NCBI RefSeq assembly: GCF_028368995.1 | Contig: NZ_JAQNDL010000001.1 | Span: 512,001-576,000 of the forward strand | DNA from: Nannocystis bainbridge | Lineage (GTDB): Bacteria; Myxococcota_A; Polyangia; Nannocystales; Nannocystaceae | Direction of reading: 5' to 3' | DNA length: 64,000 nucleotides | Shown: positions 8,992 through 19,247 of the stretch, in pieces | Layout of the letters: every line of letters begins with the position of its first letter | How positions within the stretch are numbered: the stretch's first letter is position 1 | Notes under the pieces: model-generated | Told to the model about the DNA's origin: nothing | The model's database searches: none | The model's input: only the letters and a program-made list of their open reading frames with translations | Made by a program: the position numbers and the translations under genes

Positions 8992-11022
8992 ATGGAGACC
9001 ATCTACGTCGTCATCCCGCTGCTGCTGATCGGGGTGGTGCTGGCTGCCGTGGTGCTCGACCGGTGGAGCGTGCCGGTCATCCTCGTCGCCCTCGGGTTCG
9101 GCATCCTGTTCGGCAGCGACGTGCTCAACGTGTGGCACTTCGACGACGTCGAGCTGACCAACCATGTCGCCAACCTGGCGCTGGTCTTCATCCTGTTCCA
9201 GGGCGGCTTCTTCACCAAGCGCGAGGACCTGCGGGCCGTGGCGTTGCCGGCGCTCGGCCTCGCGACCTGGGGCGTCCTGCTCACCGCCGCGGGCACCTTC
9301 GCCTGCCTGCACTTCGTGCTCGGCTGGACGACCCAGAAGTCGCTGCTGCTGTCCGTCATCATCTCCTCGACCGACGCCGCCGCGACCTTCTCGATCTTGC
9401 GGCGCCAGGCGCTGCCGAGCCGGCTGGCGTCGACGCTCGAGATCGAGAGCGCCGCCAACGACCCGATGGCGATCTTGACGACGCTGATCGTGGTCGAGGC
9501 CTACGCCTCCGGCGAGAGCCAGGGCTGGCTGACGCTGCCGCTGTTCCTGTGGAAGTTCCTCGCCGGCCCGGTGTTCGGCTGGGCCATCGCCCGCGGCTCG
9601 ATCGCCCTGTTCAACCGCCTGAACCCGCAGGAGCGCGGCTATTACTACGTGCTCATGGTCGGCGGCGTGATGCTCAGCTACGGCCTGACCGAGATGGCCC
9701 AGGCCAGCGGGATGCTGGCGGCCTTCACCGCCGGCCTGGTGATGGGCAACACCCGCTTCGTCTACCGCCAGGGCGTGAGCAACTTCGCCGCGGCGCTGTC
9801 GATGATCGCCAACATCGGCGTGTTCGTGCTGATGGGCGTGCTGGTGTTCCCCAGCCAGTGGGCCGACCTGTGGTTCCAGGGCGTGCTGCTGTTCTTGATC
9901 CTGACCTTCGTGGCGCGCCCGGCCGCCGTGATGCTCGGCACCCTCGGCATGCGCATCGGCCTGCGCGAGCGCTCCTTCATGAGCTGGGCCGGCCTGCGCG
10001 GCGCGGTCCCGGTGGTGCTCGCCACCTACCCGGCGGCCGCGGGCATGGCGATCGGGCAAGAGATCTTCAACCTCGTGTTCTTCGCGGTCCTGCTGTCGGT
10101 CTCGCTGCAGGGCTCGACCCTCGAGCTGCTGGCGCGCAAGCTCGGCCTGTCGGAGCCCAAGCCCCCCCAGCCGCGCTACGGCCTCGAGCTGGTGACGATG
10201 GCCCGCAGCGAGCTCGACGTGGCCACCGTCGACCTGCCCGGACCCCAGGGCCGCCCGGGCCCGCGGATCCGCGAGCTGATCCTCCCGCCGTCAGCCCTGA
10301 TCACCCTGATCGCTCGCGGCAACGAGGTGATCGGCCCGTCCGGCAACACCCGCCTGCTCGGCTGGGACCGGGTCACCGTGCTGGTGCGACCGGAGGAGGA
10401 AGACGCGGCGCGCGAGAGCCTGCTGCGCCGCTTCGAGGCCGTCGAGCCCGGGGTCGAGCCCGAACCGCTGGAGAAGCCGGACATGGTCCCTCCCGCCGAC
10501 GAGGCGGCGGTCGAGCGGCTCCGCGACCACGTCGTGCTGGTCGGCCACGGCCGCGTCGGCGCGGTGCTGGCCCGCTCGCTCCGCAGCCACGGCCTGCCGT
10601 TCGTCGTCATCGAGCAGGACTGGCACATCGTCGACCTGCTGCGGCGCAGCCACACCCTCGCGCTGGCCGGCGACGGCGAGTCGACGGTGGCCCTCGACCT
10701 GGCGGGCATCGCCCGCGCGCGGCTGCTGCTGGTGACGACGGCCGATCCCATGGCCGCGCGCGCGGTGATCGAGCACGCCCATCGCACCAACCCGGCGATC
10801 GAAGTGGTCGCGCGTGTCCACTTCGCCGAGCAGTACGAGGCGCTGTGCCGGTTCCCGCGCACCCGCTGCGTCAACGGCGAGGACGAGCTGGCCGGGACGA
10901 TGGCGCGGCTGGGCCTGGGCGTGTTCGGGATGACGCCAAGCGAAGCCGGGCCGACGACCAGCGAAGCCAGCCCGGCGGCCCGCGAAGCCGGGCCGGCCAC
11001 CCGCGAAGCGGCGCCGACCTGA
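8992..11022 (+). CDS. K+/H+ antiporter (CvrA/NhaP2-like) with TrkA-C and an additional TrkA-N domain
   Basis: SSTDAAATF, EIESAANDP, WAGLRGAVP; about 12 TM helices; later HVVLVGHGRVG Rossmann motif. Confidence 0.85.
   Translation: METIYVVIPLLLIGVVLAAVVLDRWSVPVILVALGFGILFGSDVLNVWHFDDVELTNHVANLALVFILFQGGFFTKREDLRAVALPALGLATWGVLLTAAGTFACLHFVLGWTTQKSLLLSVIISSTDAAATFSILRRQALPSRLASTLEIESAANDPMAILTTLIVVEAYASGESQGWLTLPLFLWKFLAGPVFGWAIARGSIALFNRLNPQERGYYYVLMVGGVMLSYGLTEMAQASGMLAAFTAGLVMGNTRFVYRQGVSNFAAALSMIANIGVFVLMGVLVFPSQWADLWFQGVLLFLILTFVARPAAVMLGTLGMRIGLRERSFMSWAGLRGAVPVVLATYPAAAGMAIGQEIFNLVFFAVLLSVSLQGSTLELLARKLGLSEPKPPQPRYGLELVTMARSELDVATVDLPGPQGRPGPRIRELILPPSALITLIARGNEVIGPSGNTRLLGWDRVTVLVRPEEEDAARESLLRRFEAVEPGVEPEPLEKPDMVPPADEAAVERLRDHVVLVGHGRVGAVLARSLRSHGLPFVVIEQDWHIVDLLRRSHTLALAGDGESTVALDLAGIARARLLLVTTADPMAARAVIEHAHRTNPAIEVVARVHFAEQYEALCRFPRTRCVNGEDELAGTMARLGLGVFGMTPSEAGPTTSEASPAAREAGPATREAAPT
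10939..11019 (+). repeat. Four degenerate 21-bp coding tandem repeats (SEAGPTT-like)
   Basis: (A/C)GCGAAGC... units at 10939, 10960, 10981, 11002. Confidence 0.7.
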
Positions 11023-11040
11023 GCCGACCCGCGCGCAGCC

Positions 11041-11925
11041 TCAACAGTCCGGGCAGTGGCAGACGAGGTCGACGTCGCCGCCTCCGCCCTCGCACACCTC
11101 GATCCCGTCATTACAGGCCGCCCCGGCGCATTCGCAGTCGACCTCGTCTTCGCACGCCACGGGCCGCGGCAGGCAGGTCCAGTTGTCGCCGAAGACGCTG
11201 GGGTGATTGACGCAAATGAACGAATCGGGGCACAGCTCGCACGCGGTCACCCACCAGCACGAGATCACGGGCACGCAGGCGCCGGTCCAGCACCCCATGA
11301 AGTCGTCGACCCCCGGCAGGGTCCCGGGCGGGCAATCGGGCGGCAGCGCGTCACAGAAGACCTCGCCGCCGCAATGGACCTTCTCGGTGATGCACTGGCC
11401 GAGCACGCATTTCGCCTCGTCGATGCCGATCTGCTGGCACTGGGTCTGATCGCACCGGGCGTCGCAGACCACGTCGTCCTGCTCGGTGGGGATGGCGAAG
11501 CACGAGCAACAGTCGTCGTGCAGCTTGCAATCGGCGTCGACCTCGCAGGGGCCGCCGCCGATGCCGCCGGTCGTGCCCTCGGTGGTGGTCTCGCTCGTCG
11601 TCGAGCCGGAGTCGGTGGTCTCGCCGCCCGTGGTCGTCGTGCCCGGCGCCCCCGTGCCGGTCTCGCCCGTGGTCCCGGGACTCGTGGGGTCCGAGGTCGT
11701 GCCCTGCGTCGCAGTCCCGGATCCCGTGAGCGGGTCGAGGCCGGTGGTCGGCGCGTCGGTGGAAGCCGACGAGGCCACCGAAGTCTGTCCAGGAGGATCA
11801 CCGGTGCCGTCGCTGTTCGAAGCGCTCGACGTGCTGCCGCCGACCGTCTCGCTGGTCTGCGGCGCAGCCGTCGAGCACGCGCACAAGCCGATGCCAGAGA
11901 AAGCCAAAAGAAGTCGAATTCGCAT
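11041..11925 (-). CDS. Cys-rich myxobacterial-type lipoprotein with Thr/Ser/Gly linker
   Basis: MRIRLLLAFSGIGLCAC lipobox; more than 20 Cys in C-terminal half. Confidence 0.8.
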   Translation of the reverse strand: MRIRLLLAFSGIGLCACSTAAPQTSETVGGSTSSASNSDGTGDPPGQTSVASSASTDAPTTGLDPLTGSGTATQGTTSDPTSPGTTGETGTGAPGTTTTGGETTDSGSTTSETTTEGTTGGIGGGPCEVDADCKLHDDCCSCFAIPTEQDDVVCDARCDQTQCQQIGIDEAKCVLGQCITEKVHCGGEVFCDALPPDCPPGTLPGVDDFMGCWTGACVPVISCWWVTACELCPDSFICVNHPSVFGDNWTCLPRPVACEDEVDCECAGAACNDGIEVCEGGGGDVDLVCHCPDC

Positions 11926-12014
11926 GCGCCGAGCATGGCAAAAAGCCCGCAGACCCGCCAGAACACGCGTCGAGTGACCGGGCGTCACCTCGGTCCTCGT
12001 TCACCTTGTCGGGC

Positions 12015-12839
12015 ATGACGCAAATCCTGTCCCTCAACCTCGGCGGCTACGGCGAACAGCACGATCCATGGCGCGCTCGCCGGCCGCTCGTCGCCGCCGT
12101 GCTCGCCGAGCAGCAGCCCGACCTCGTCGCGCTGCAGGCGGTCGCTCGTGACCCGGCGATCGCCCGAGGCTGCGATCAGGCGACCCAGCTCGCGCACGAC
12201 GTCGGCGGCTATGAAGTCGTTTACCGGCCCGCGACCCGCGGCCCCGGCGGACGCGAGTCGGGCCTCGCCTTGCTGTCGCGGGTTTCTCCCCTGGCCGTGC
12301 ACGTGCATCCGCTGTCGCGCCGCGGCGACGACGACCCATTCGACCGCGTCCTGCTGCACGGCGTGTTCCCGGGCCCCCGCGCGCCGCTGCACGTCGTGTG
12401 CGCGCACCTGTCGTGGATCGAGGCGCAGGCGGGCGACAACGTCGGCGAGCTGCTCGTTTACCTCGCCGCGGTGCCCGGCCCGCGGCTGCTGCTCGGCGAC
12501 TTCAATCAGACACCGACCAGCGACGCGCTCGCCCGATTGCGCGGCGCCGGCCTCGTCGACGCCTGGGCCGCGCTGCGCCCCTGCGATCCGGGTCACACCT
12601 TCTTCGAGGCCGGCGCGCCGACCCGGCGCATCGATTATCTGCTGCTCGATCGCCGCCTGGGCCCGCGCGCCTGCGAGGTCTCGCTGGTCCTCGACCGACC
12701 CGGCGAGCGCCGGGCCTCCGATCACGCCGGCCTGCTGGCGCGGCTCGGCGACGACGGGCGAGCGGACGTCGCTGCGACGGGCGACCAGGGTCCGCACCAG
12801 CCCGGATCGCCCTGCCCACAATCGGCGCCGCCGGCGTAA
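12015..12839 (+). CDS. Endonuclease/exonuclease/phosphatase (EEP) family protein
   Basis: SLN, DLVALQ, AHL, GDFN, RIDY, SDH motifs. Confidence 0.85.
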   Translation: MTQILSLNLGGYGEQHDPWRARRPLVAAVLAEQQPDLVALQAVARDPAIARGCDQATQLAHDVGGYEVVYRPATRGPGGRESGLALLSRVSPLAVHVHPLSRRGDDDPFDRVLLHGVFPGPRAPLHVVCAHLSWIEAQAGDNVGELLVYLAAVPGPRLLLGDFNQTPTSDALARLRGAGLVDAWAALRPCDPGHTFFEAGAPTRRIDYLLLDRRLGPRACEVSLVLDRPGERRASDHAGLLARLGDDGRADVAATGDQGPHQPGSPCPQSAPPA

Positions 12840-12910
12840 ATCACATCACCGCGGGATGGGCAGCGCGTCTGGCTGGCCCCATTCGCTCGCTCGTGTCATG
12901 AACGGGCCTG

Positions 12911-13381
12911 ATGATCGAAACCGCTCAAGACCCCACCATTTACCAGGTCATCCGCGACCAGCACCGCGCCGTCGCCGAGCTGCTCGCCGAGCTGGCCGCC
13001 GAGCAGGACGTGGCGCGCGGGGAGCAGCTGTTCAGCCAGGTCCGCGACGCGCTGGAGCGCCACGCGCGGGCCGAGGAGGCCGTGTTTTACGACATCCTCA
13101 TCCAGCAGGACGCGGAGGGCAAGGCGCTGGCCAAGGACGCCGAGCGCGACCACTCGCAGGTCCGGCGCCTGCTCGCCGAGCTCGAGAGGATGCGGGTCGA
13201 CCACGCCGACTGGGCCGCGAAGGTCGAGGCGCTCACCCGCAGCGTGACCGAGCACGTCGCGTTCGAGGAGGACACTATCTTCGCCGCGGTCGAGGCGATC
13301 CTCGACGACGATCAGGCGCGCACCCTGGCCGAGACGTTCGAGGCGCTCGAATCGCGGGTCGAGCCCGAGGCCGCCGCCTGA
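12911..13381 (+). CDS. Hemerythrin (HHE cation-binding) domain protein
   Basis: H..., HARAEE, DH, HVAFEE pattern. Confidence 0.85.
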   Translation: MIETAQDPTIYQVIRDQHRAVAELLAELAAEQDVARGEQLFSQVRDALERHARAEEAVFYDILIQQDAEGKALAKDAERDHSQVRRLLAELERMRVDHADWAAKVEALTRSVTEHVAFEEDTIFAAVEAILDDDQARTLAETFEALESRVEPEAAA

Positions 13382-13425
13382 TCGCCCGACTGTGATGATT
13401 CACGCGCGCAAGGCAGAGGTCGCCC

Positions 13426-14511
13426 ATGAGCGGAGTGCCATCCCCGGAGTTCGCGCTCGGCTCGCCCGTCAAGGAGCGCGAGCCGAGCGTGCGGCCCGGC
13501 GCCCAGGTCCACGCGGCGCGCGAGGTGCTGGTGCTGCGCGCCCTGCCGGGCCTCGGCGATTTCTTGTGCGCCACCCCGGCGCTGCGGGCCCTGCGAGCCG
13601 GCTTGCCGCGGGCCAAGATCACCCTGCTGGGCCTCCCGCGAGCGCGTGAGCTGGTCGCTCGCTGCTCGCACCTCGTCGACGGCCTGCTCGAGTTCCCCGG
13701 CTTCCCCGGGCTGCCCGAGACCCTCGCCGACGTGCGCGCCCTGCCCGACTTCTTGCGCGCGGTCCAGGGCCGCTTCGACCTCGCCTTGCAGATGCACGGC
13801 GACGGGCTCGTCAGCAACATCGTCGTCCAGCTGCTCGGCGCGCGCACCAGCGCCGGCTTCTACGCCCCGCCGCAGCCGTGCCCCGACCCGGCGACCTTCT
13901 TGCAATATCCAGCGGACCTCGCCGAGCCGCGCATCCACCTCTCCCTGCTCGGCTTCCTCGGCATCGAGGCGCGCGGCGAACGGCTCGAATTTCCGCTCGC
14001 GCCGGCCGACGTCCGCCGGGCCGACGCGCTGCTGCAGGCCGCCGGCGTCGCGCCCGGCAAGGCGTTCACCATCCTCCATCCCGGCGCCGCCGAACCGCGC
14101 CGGCGCGTCGACCCTGGCGTGCTCGCGCAGGTCGCCGACGGCCTGGCATCGCGCGGCCTCGCCGTGGTCCTCACCGGCTCCGCCGACGAGGCCGACCTCA
14201 CCGCCGCCGTCGATCACCACGCCGCGCGCGAGCTCGTCGACCTGGTCGGCCGCACCGACCTCGGCTCGCTCGGCGCGCTGGTCGAGCGCGCCCGCCTGGT
14301 GATCGCCGGCGACACCGGCATCTCCCATTTGGCGAGCGCGCTGCAGACCCCGAGCGTCGTCGTCTTCCGCAGCACCGCGCCGGCCCGCTGGGCCCCGCTC
14401 GACCGCGTGCGCCACCGCGTCGTCGACGCCCGCGAAGCCCCGGCCTCGGCCGCGGCGATCCTCGCCGAGGCCGACGCCGCCCTGTTCCTCGCGGGGGTCG
14501 ACCGTGCTTGA
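13426..14511 (+). CDS. Glycosyltransferase family 9 (heptosyltransferase-like)
   Basis: GLGDFLCATPAL, LHPGA, GDTGISHLA. Confidence 0.9.
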   Translation: MSGVPSPEFALGSPVKEREPSVRPGAQVHAAREVLVLRALPGLGDFLCATPALRALRAGLPRAKITLLGLPRARELVARCSHLVDGLLEFPGFPGLPETLADVRALPDFLRAVQGRFDLALQMHGDGLVSNIVVQLLGARTSAGFYAPPQPCPDPATFLQYPADLAEPRIHLSLLGFLGIEARGERLEFPLAPADVRRADALLQAAGVAPGKAFTILHPGAAEPRRRVDPGVLAQVADGLASRGLAVVLTGSADEADLTAAVDHHAARELVDLVGRTDLGSLGALVERARLVIAGDTGISHLASALQTPSVVVFRSTAPARWAPLDRVRHRVVDAREAPASAAAILAEADAALFLAGVDRA

Positions 14512-15025
14512 TCCGCGGGCCGCCCTCCGCCGGGCCCGCCGGCTGCTCGTGGTCCCGCCCGCGGCCGGCTGCGACGAGCTGGGGCCGGCGCTGGTGCGCC
14601 TGCGGATCGCCATGCCGCAGGCGATGGTGGTCCTGCTGGCCGAGGCGCGCGCCGCCGGTCGCGTCGCCGTGTTCGTCGATCAGGTGCTGCCGGCGGCCGC
14701 GCTGACGCGCTTCGACGCCACCGGGCTGCCGGCGCTGGTCGATCGGCTGGCTGCGGCCCGCCTCGACGCCGCCCTGGTGTTCACGGCCGCCGACGAGACC
14801 GCGTTCGAGGTCGCCTACCTCGCCTACCTCGCCGGCATCCCGGTGCGCGCCGGCTTCGCCGACGAGTTCGGCGGCGGCGTGCTCGCGCCGGCCGTCCCGC
14901 CCCCGCCGGCCCGCGTCATCGGCCCCGGGCGCCACCTCTCCCTGCTCGACGCGCTCGACCTGAGCGCGCCGCTCGCCCCCGCGGGCGCGAAAGCGAGGCC
15001 CTCGTGCGACGACTCCGCGTCCTGA
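14504..15025 (+). CDS. GT9-like N-terminal half-domain protein
   Basis: DAALVFT...AYLAYLAGIPVRAG matches N-lobe of neighbouring GT9s; no C-lobe. Confidence 0.65.
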   Translation: MLDPRAALRRARRLLVVPPAAGCDELGPALVRLRIAMPQAMVVLLAEARAAGRVAVFVDQVLPAAALTRFDATGLPALVDRLAAARLDAALVFTAADETAFEVAYLAYLAGIPVRAGFADEFGGGVLAPAVPPPPARVIGPGRHLSLLDALDLSAPLAPAGAKARPSCDDSAS

Positions 15026-15990
15026 CCTGGCACGTTCACGGCAGCTACCTCTACTACCTCACCCAGGCGCCGCACGAGTTCTACCTGCCCGTAAAGCCAG
15101 GTCGTCCCGAGGGCCACGGCGGGCGCGGCGGCAGCTTCGCCTGGGGCGCCAACGTCCACGAGGTCCCGGCCGACGCCGTCGCCGACCAGGCGTTCGACGT
15201 CGTCCTGTTCCAGTCGCGCCGCAATTACGAGTGCGATCAATTCGAGCTGCTGAGCGCCGCCCAGCGCCGCTTGCCGCGGATCTTCCTCGAGCACGATCCG
15301 CCCCGCGAGTCGCCGACCGACACCCGCCACCCGATCGACGACCCCGACGTCCTGCTGGTCCACGTCACCCCGTTCAACGCCCTGATGTGGGACGCCGGGC
15401 GCACCCCCGTGCGGGTCATCGAGCACGGCGTCGCAGTGCCCGACGGCGCGGCCTACAGCGGCGAGCTGGCGCGCGGGATCGTCGTCGTCAACGACCTCGC
15501 GCGGCGCGGTCGCCGGCTCGGGCGCGACATCTACGAGCGCGTGCGCACCCACGTCCCGCTCGACCTCGCCGGCATGGACTCCGACGCGCTCGGCGGCCTC
15601 GGCGACCTGCCGCTGCGCGAGCTCCACGCCCGGCTCGGCCGCTACCGCTTCTTCTTCAACCCGATCCGCTACACCAGCCTCGGCCTGGCCGTGTGCGAGG
15701 CGATGATGATCGGCCTGCCGATCCTCGGCCTCGCCACCACCGAGATGAGCACCGCCGTGCAGAGCGGCGTCAACGGCTACGTCGAGACCGACCTCGAGCG
15801 GCTGATCGGCCACATGCGGCGCCTGCTCGCCGATCCGTCCGAGGCCGCCGAGCTGGCCGCCGGCGCGCGGCGGATCGCCCGCGAGCGGTTCGGCATCGAC
15901 AGGTTCACCGCCGACTGGTCGCGGGTCCTGGGCGAGGTCACCGGATGTCCCGAAGGACAGGTCGCCGGCGCGGCCCGGAGGCTCGCGTGA
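15004..15990 (+). CDS. Glycosyltransferase family 4 protein
   Basis: LRVLTWHVHG, FFNPIRYTSLGLAVCEAM, GVNGY. Confidence 0.85.
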   Translation: MRRLRVLTWHVHGSYLYYLTQAPHEFYLPVKPGRPEGHGGRGGSFAWGANVHEVPADAVADQAFDVVLFQSRRNYECDQFELLSAAQRRLPRIFLEHDPPRESPTDTRHPIDDPDVLLVHVTPFNALMWDAGRTPVRVIEHGVAVPDGAAYSGELARGIVVVNDLARRGRRLGRDIYERVRTHVPLDLAGMDSDALGGLGDLPLRELHARLGRYRFFFNPIRYTSLGLAVCEAMMIGLPILGLATTEMSTAVQSGVNGYVETDLERLIGHMRRLLADPSEAAELAAGARRIARERFGIDRFTADWSRVLGEVTGCPEGQVAGAARRLA

Positions 15991-17858
15991 AGCCGCTGCC
16001 CTTCGCCGCCGGCGCCGGCCTCGAGCGGCCGGGCGGCCCGCTGAAGATCGCCATGATCAGCGAGCACGCCTCGCCGCTGGCCCCGCTCGGCGGGCGCGAC
16101 AGCGGCGGGCAGAACGTCTACGTCGCCCAGGTCGCGCGCCACCTCGGCCGCCTCGGCCACCGCGTCGACGTGTTCACCCGCCGCGACAGCCCGACCTCGC
16201 CGGCGATCGTCGAGATGGCCGACGGCGTGCGCGTGATCCCGGTCGACGCCGGCCCGCCCGCGCCGCTGGCCAAGGAGACGCTGCTGCCGCTGATGCCGGC
16301 GTTCACCCGCGCGGTCGCGGCCTGGGCCCGGCGCGAGCGCTACGACCTCGCGCACGCCAACTTCTTCATGAGCGGCCTGGTCGCCGCCGAGCTCAAGCGC
16401 GAGCTCGGGGTCCCGTTCGCCGTCACCTTCCACGCGCTCGGCAAGGTCCGGCGCCAGCACCAGGGCCAGGCCGACGGGTTCCCCGACGAGCGCTTCGCCA
16501 TCGAGGAGCGGATCGTGCGCGAGGCCGACGTGATCGTCGCCGAGTGCCCGCAGGACGAGGTCGACCTGATGACGCTCTACGCGGCCGACCCCGAGAAGTT
16601 GGTCATGGTCCCGTGCGGCTTCGATCCGGGCGAGTTCTGGCCGGGCGGCCGCGCCGAGGCCCGCGCCGCGCTCGGCCTCGGCGCCGACGAGCGGGTCATC
16701 CTGCAGCTCGGGCGCATGGTCCCGCGCAAGGGCATCGACAACGTCGTGCGCGCGCTGGCGCGGCTGCCCGCCGACGCGCGCGCGCGGCTGGTCGTCGTCG
16801 GCGGCGAGTCGCGGCGCCCCGATCCTTCGCTCACCCCCGAGATCGGTCGCTTGCTGGCGGTCGCCCGCGAGGAGGGTGTTGCCGATCGCGTGACCTTCGT
16901 CGGCAGCCGCGGCCGCGGCGAGCTGCGCGACTACTACGTCGCCGCCGACGTGTTCGTCAGCACCCCCTGGTACGAGCCGTTCGGCATCACCCCGCTCGAG
17001 GCGATGGCCTGCGGCGTCCCGGTCATCGGCGCCAACGTCGGCGGCATCGCCCACACCGTCGCCCACGGCGAGACCGGCTACCTGGTCCCGCCCGACGACC
17101 CCGACGCGCTGGCCGACAAGCTCGCGCTCGTGCTTTCGCAGCCGCGCCTGGCCCGACGTCTGGCCCAGCTCGGGCTGCAGCGCGTGCACGCCCTCTTCAC
17201 CTGGGACAAGGTCGCGGCCCGCCTGGCGGGCGCCTTCGTCACCGCCGCCGGCCGCCGCCCCGTCGCCCCGCCGACCGCCGCCTTCGCCGCCGTCGACCGC
17301 GGCTTCGACGACCTGCTGGCCGTGCTCTCGCGCGCCCGCACCTGCCTACGCGACGACATCGTGCGCGCCGCCGACCTCGTCAGCGCCGCCTTCGCCCGCG
17401 GCGGCAAGGTGCTCGTCTGCGGCAACGGCGGCAGCGCCACCGACGCCCAGCACTTCGCCGCCGAATTGGTCGGCCGCTTCCTCGCCCCCGACCGCGCCGG
17501 CCTGCCGGTCATCGCCCTCAACGCCGACACCGCCGTGCTGACCGCCTGGGCCAACGACGTCGGCTACGCCGACGTGTTCGCCCGCCAGGTCCGCGCCTAC
17601 GGCCGCCCGGGCGACCTCGTGTTCGGCATCTCGACCAGCGGCCGCTCGGCCAACGTCGTCGCCGCCCTCAAGACCGCGCGCGACTGCGGCCTCCACACCT
17701 TCGCCCTGCTCGGCGGCACCGGCGGCGAAGCCGGCGACCTCGCCGACTGCGCCCTCGTCGTCCCCTCGCCCGACACTCAGCGCATTCAGGAGGTCCACAC
17801 ATTGGCCCTGCACCTGATCTGCGAATTGGTGGAGGCGCAGGTGGCCCCCTCGCCTTGA
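15987..17858 (+). CDS. GT4 glycosyltransferase (MshA-like) fused to sedoheptulose-7-phosphate isomerase (GmhA, SIS domain)
   Basis: DSGGQNVYV, EPFGITPLEA in N-part; CGNGGSATDAQH, ANDVGY, STSGRS, RIQEVH in C-part; one open frame from GTG 15987. Confidence 0.9.
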   Translation: MKPLPFAAGAGLERPGGPLKIAMISEHASPLAPLGGRDSGGQNVYVAQVARHLGRLGHRVDVFTRRDSPTSPAIVEMADGVRVIPVDAGPPAPLAKETLLPLMPAFTRAVAAWARRERYDLAHANFFMSGLVAAELKRELGVPFAVTFHALGKVRRQHQGQADGFPDERFAIEERIVREADVIVAECPQDEVDLMTLYAADPEKLVMVPCGFDPGEFWPGGRAEARAALGLGADERVILQLGRMVPRKGIDNVVRALARLPADARARLVVVGGESRRPDPSLTPEIGRLLAVAREEGVADRVTFVGSRGRGELRDYYVAADVFVSTPWYEPFGITPLEAMACGVPVIGANVGGIAHTVAHGETGYLVPPDDPDALADKLALVLSQPRLARRLAQLGLQRVHALFTWDKVAARLAGAFVTAAGRRPVAPPTAAFAAVDRGFDDLLAVLSRARTCLRDDIVRAADLVSAAFARGGKVLVCGNGGSATDAQHFAAELVGRFLAPDRAGLPVIALNADTAVLTAWANDVGYADVFARQVRAYGRPGDLVFGISTSGRSANVVAALKTARDCGLHTFALLGGTGGEAGDLADCALVVPSPDTQRIQEVHTLALHLICELVEAQVAPSP

Positions 17859-17883
17859 AATGGCCCCATCCCACGGAGCAGCG

Positions 17884-18624
17884 ATGACCCTCGTGATCGA
17901 AACACCCCTCGCGGACCGCATCGTGCTGGTCACCGGCGGCGGCTCGGGCCTCGGCGCCGAGATCGCCCGCACCCTCGCCGCCGCCGGCGCGCACGTGATC
18001 GCGGCCGACATCCAGACCGCGCCGCTGGCCCGCCTCGTCGCCGAAGTCGATGACGCCGGCGGTAGCATCGAGGCCGCCCGGCTCGACGTGCGCGACGCCG
18101 ACGCCGGCCAGGCGCTGATCGACGACATCGTCGCGCGCCACGGCCGGCTCGACGTCCTCGTCAACAACGCCGGCACCGACACCACGCTGGCCGTCGACGA
18201 GCTCAGCGTCGCCGACATCGACCGCGTGCTCGCCGTCAACCTGCGCGGCCCGTTCGTCCTCAGCCGCGCCGCCTTCCCGCGCCTGCGCGCCCAGGGCGGC
18301 GGCTACATCGTCAACATCGTCTCGACCGCGGCCAAGCGGGCCTGGAAGAACGCCAGCGCCTACCACGCCAGCAAGTGGGGCCTCTTGGGCCTGAGCCACG
18401 CGCTGCACGTCGAAGGCCGCCCGTTCGGCATCAAGGTCACCGCCCTGCTGGCCGGCGGCATGCGCACCCCCTTCATCCTCGACCGCTTCCCCGACACCCC
18501 GATCGCCGACCTCCAGGACCCGCGCAACGTCGCCGAGACGGTCCGCTTCCTCATCGCCATGCCCGGCGAGTCGGTGGTGCCCGAGCTGATGGTCGTGCCC
18601 ATGCGCGAGACGAGCTGGCCATGA
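17884..18624 (+). CDS. SDR family oxidoreductase
   Basis: TGGGSGLG, NNAG, YHASK. Confidence 0.9.
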   Translation: MTLVIETPLADRIVLVTGGGSGLGAEIARTLAAAGAHVIAADIQTAPLARLVAEVDDAGGSIEAARLDVRDADAGQALIDDIVARHGRLDVLVNNAGTDTTLAVDELSVADIDRVLAVNLRGPFVLSRAAFPRLRAQGGGYIVNIVSTAAKRAWKNASAYHASKWGLLGLSHALHVEGRPFGIKVTALLAGGMRTPFILDRFPDTPIADLQDPRNVAETVRFLIAMPGESVVPELMVVPMRETSWP

Positions 18625-19202
18625 CCCGCCGCCGCCCCGCCGCCTTCCTCGACAAGGACGGCACCCTCATCGACGACGTGCCCTACAACGTCGACCCCGC
18701 GCGCGTCCGCCTGACCCGCGGCGCCCGCGACGGCGCCTGGTCGCTGCGCGCCGCCGGCTTCGCGCTCGTGGTCGTCACCAACCAGTCCGGCGTCGCCCGC
18801 GGCCTGTTCGGCCCGCACGACCTGCTCGGCGTCCAGGCCCGGATCGAGGACCTGCTCGACCTCGAGCTCGACGGCTTCTACTGGTGCCCGCACCTGCCCG
18901 CCGGCGTCGTCGCCGAGTACGCCGTCGCCTGCGACTGCCGCAAGCCCGCCCCTGGCCTGCTCATCCGCGCCGCCGCCGACCTCGGCCTCGACCTCGCCGG
19001 CTCGTGGATGATCGGCGACATCGCCAGCGACATCGAGGCCGGCCGGCGCGCCGGCTGCCGCACCGCCCTGCTCGCCGCCTCGCCGCCCACGACCCGCCCC
19101 GCGCCGACCCTCGTCGCCGCCGACCTCGTCGAGGCCGCGCGCCGGATCCTCGGCCACGCCGCCGCCAGCGAGCGCGACGAGCAGCCCGCGCCCCTCGCCT
19201 GA
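18621..19202 (+). CDS. gmhB: D,D-heptose-1,7-bisphosphate phosphatase (HAD IIIA)
   Basis: FLDKDGTL, VTNQSG, CPH..CDCRKP, IGD..SD. Confidence 0.85.
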   Translation: MTRRRPAAFLDKDGTLIDDVPYNVDPARVRLTRGARDGAWSLRAAGFALVVVTNQSGVARGLFGPHDLLGVQARIEDLLDLELDGFYWCPHLPAGVVAEYAVACDCRKPAPGLLIRAAADLGLDLAGSWMIGDIASDIEAGRRAGCRTALLAASPPTTRPAPTLVAADLVEAARRILGHAAASERDEQPAPLA

Positions 19203-19247
19203 GCGACCGCGATGCCCCGCCCCTGCCCGAGACCGCCGGTCTGTTGG

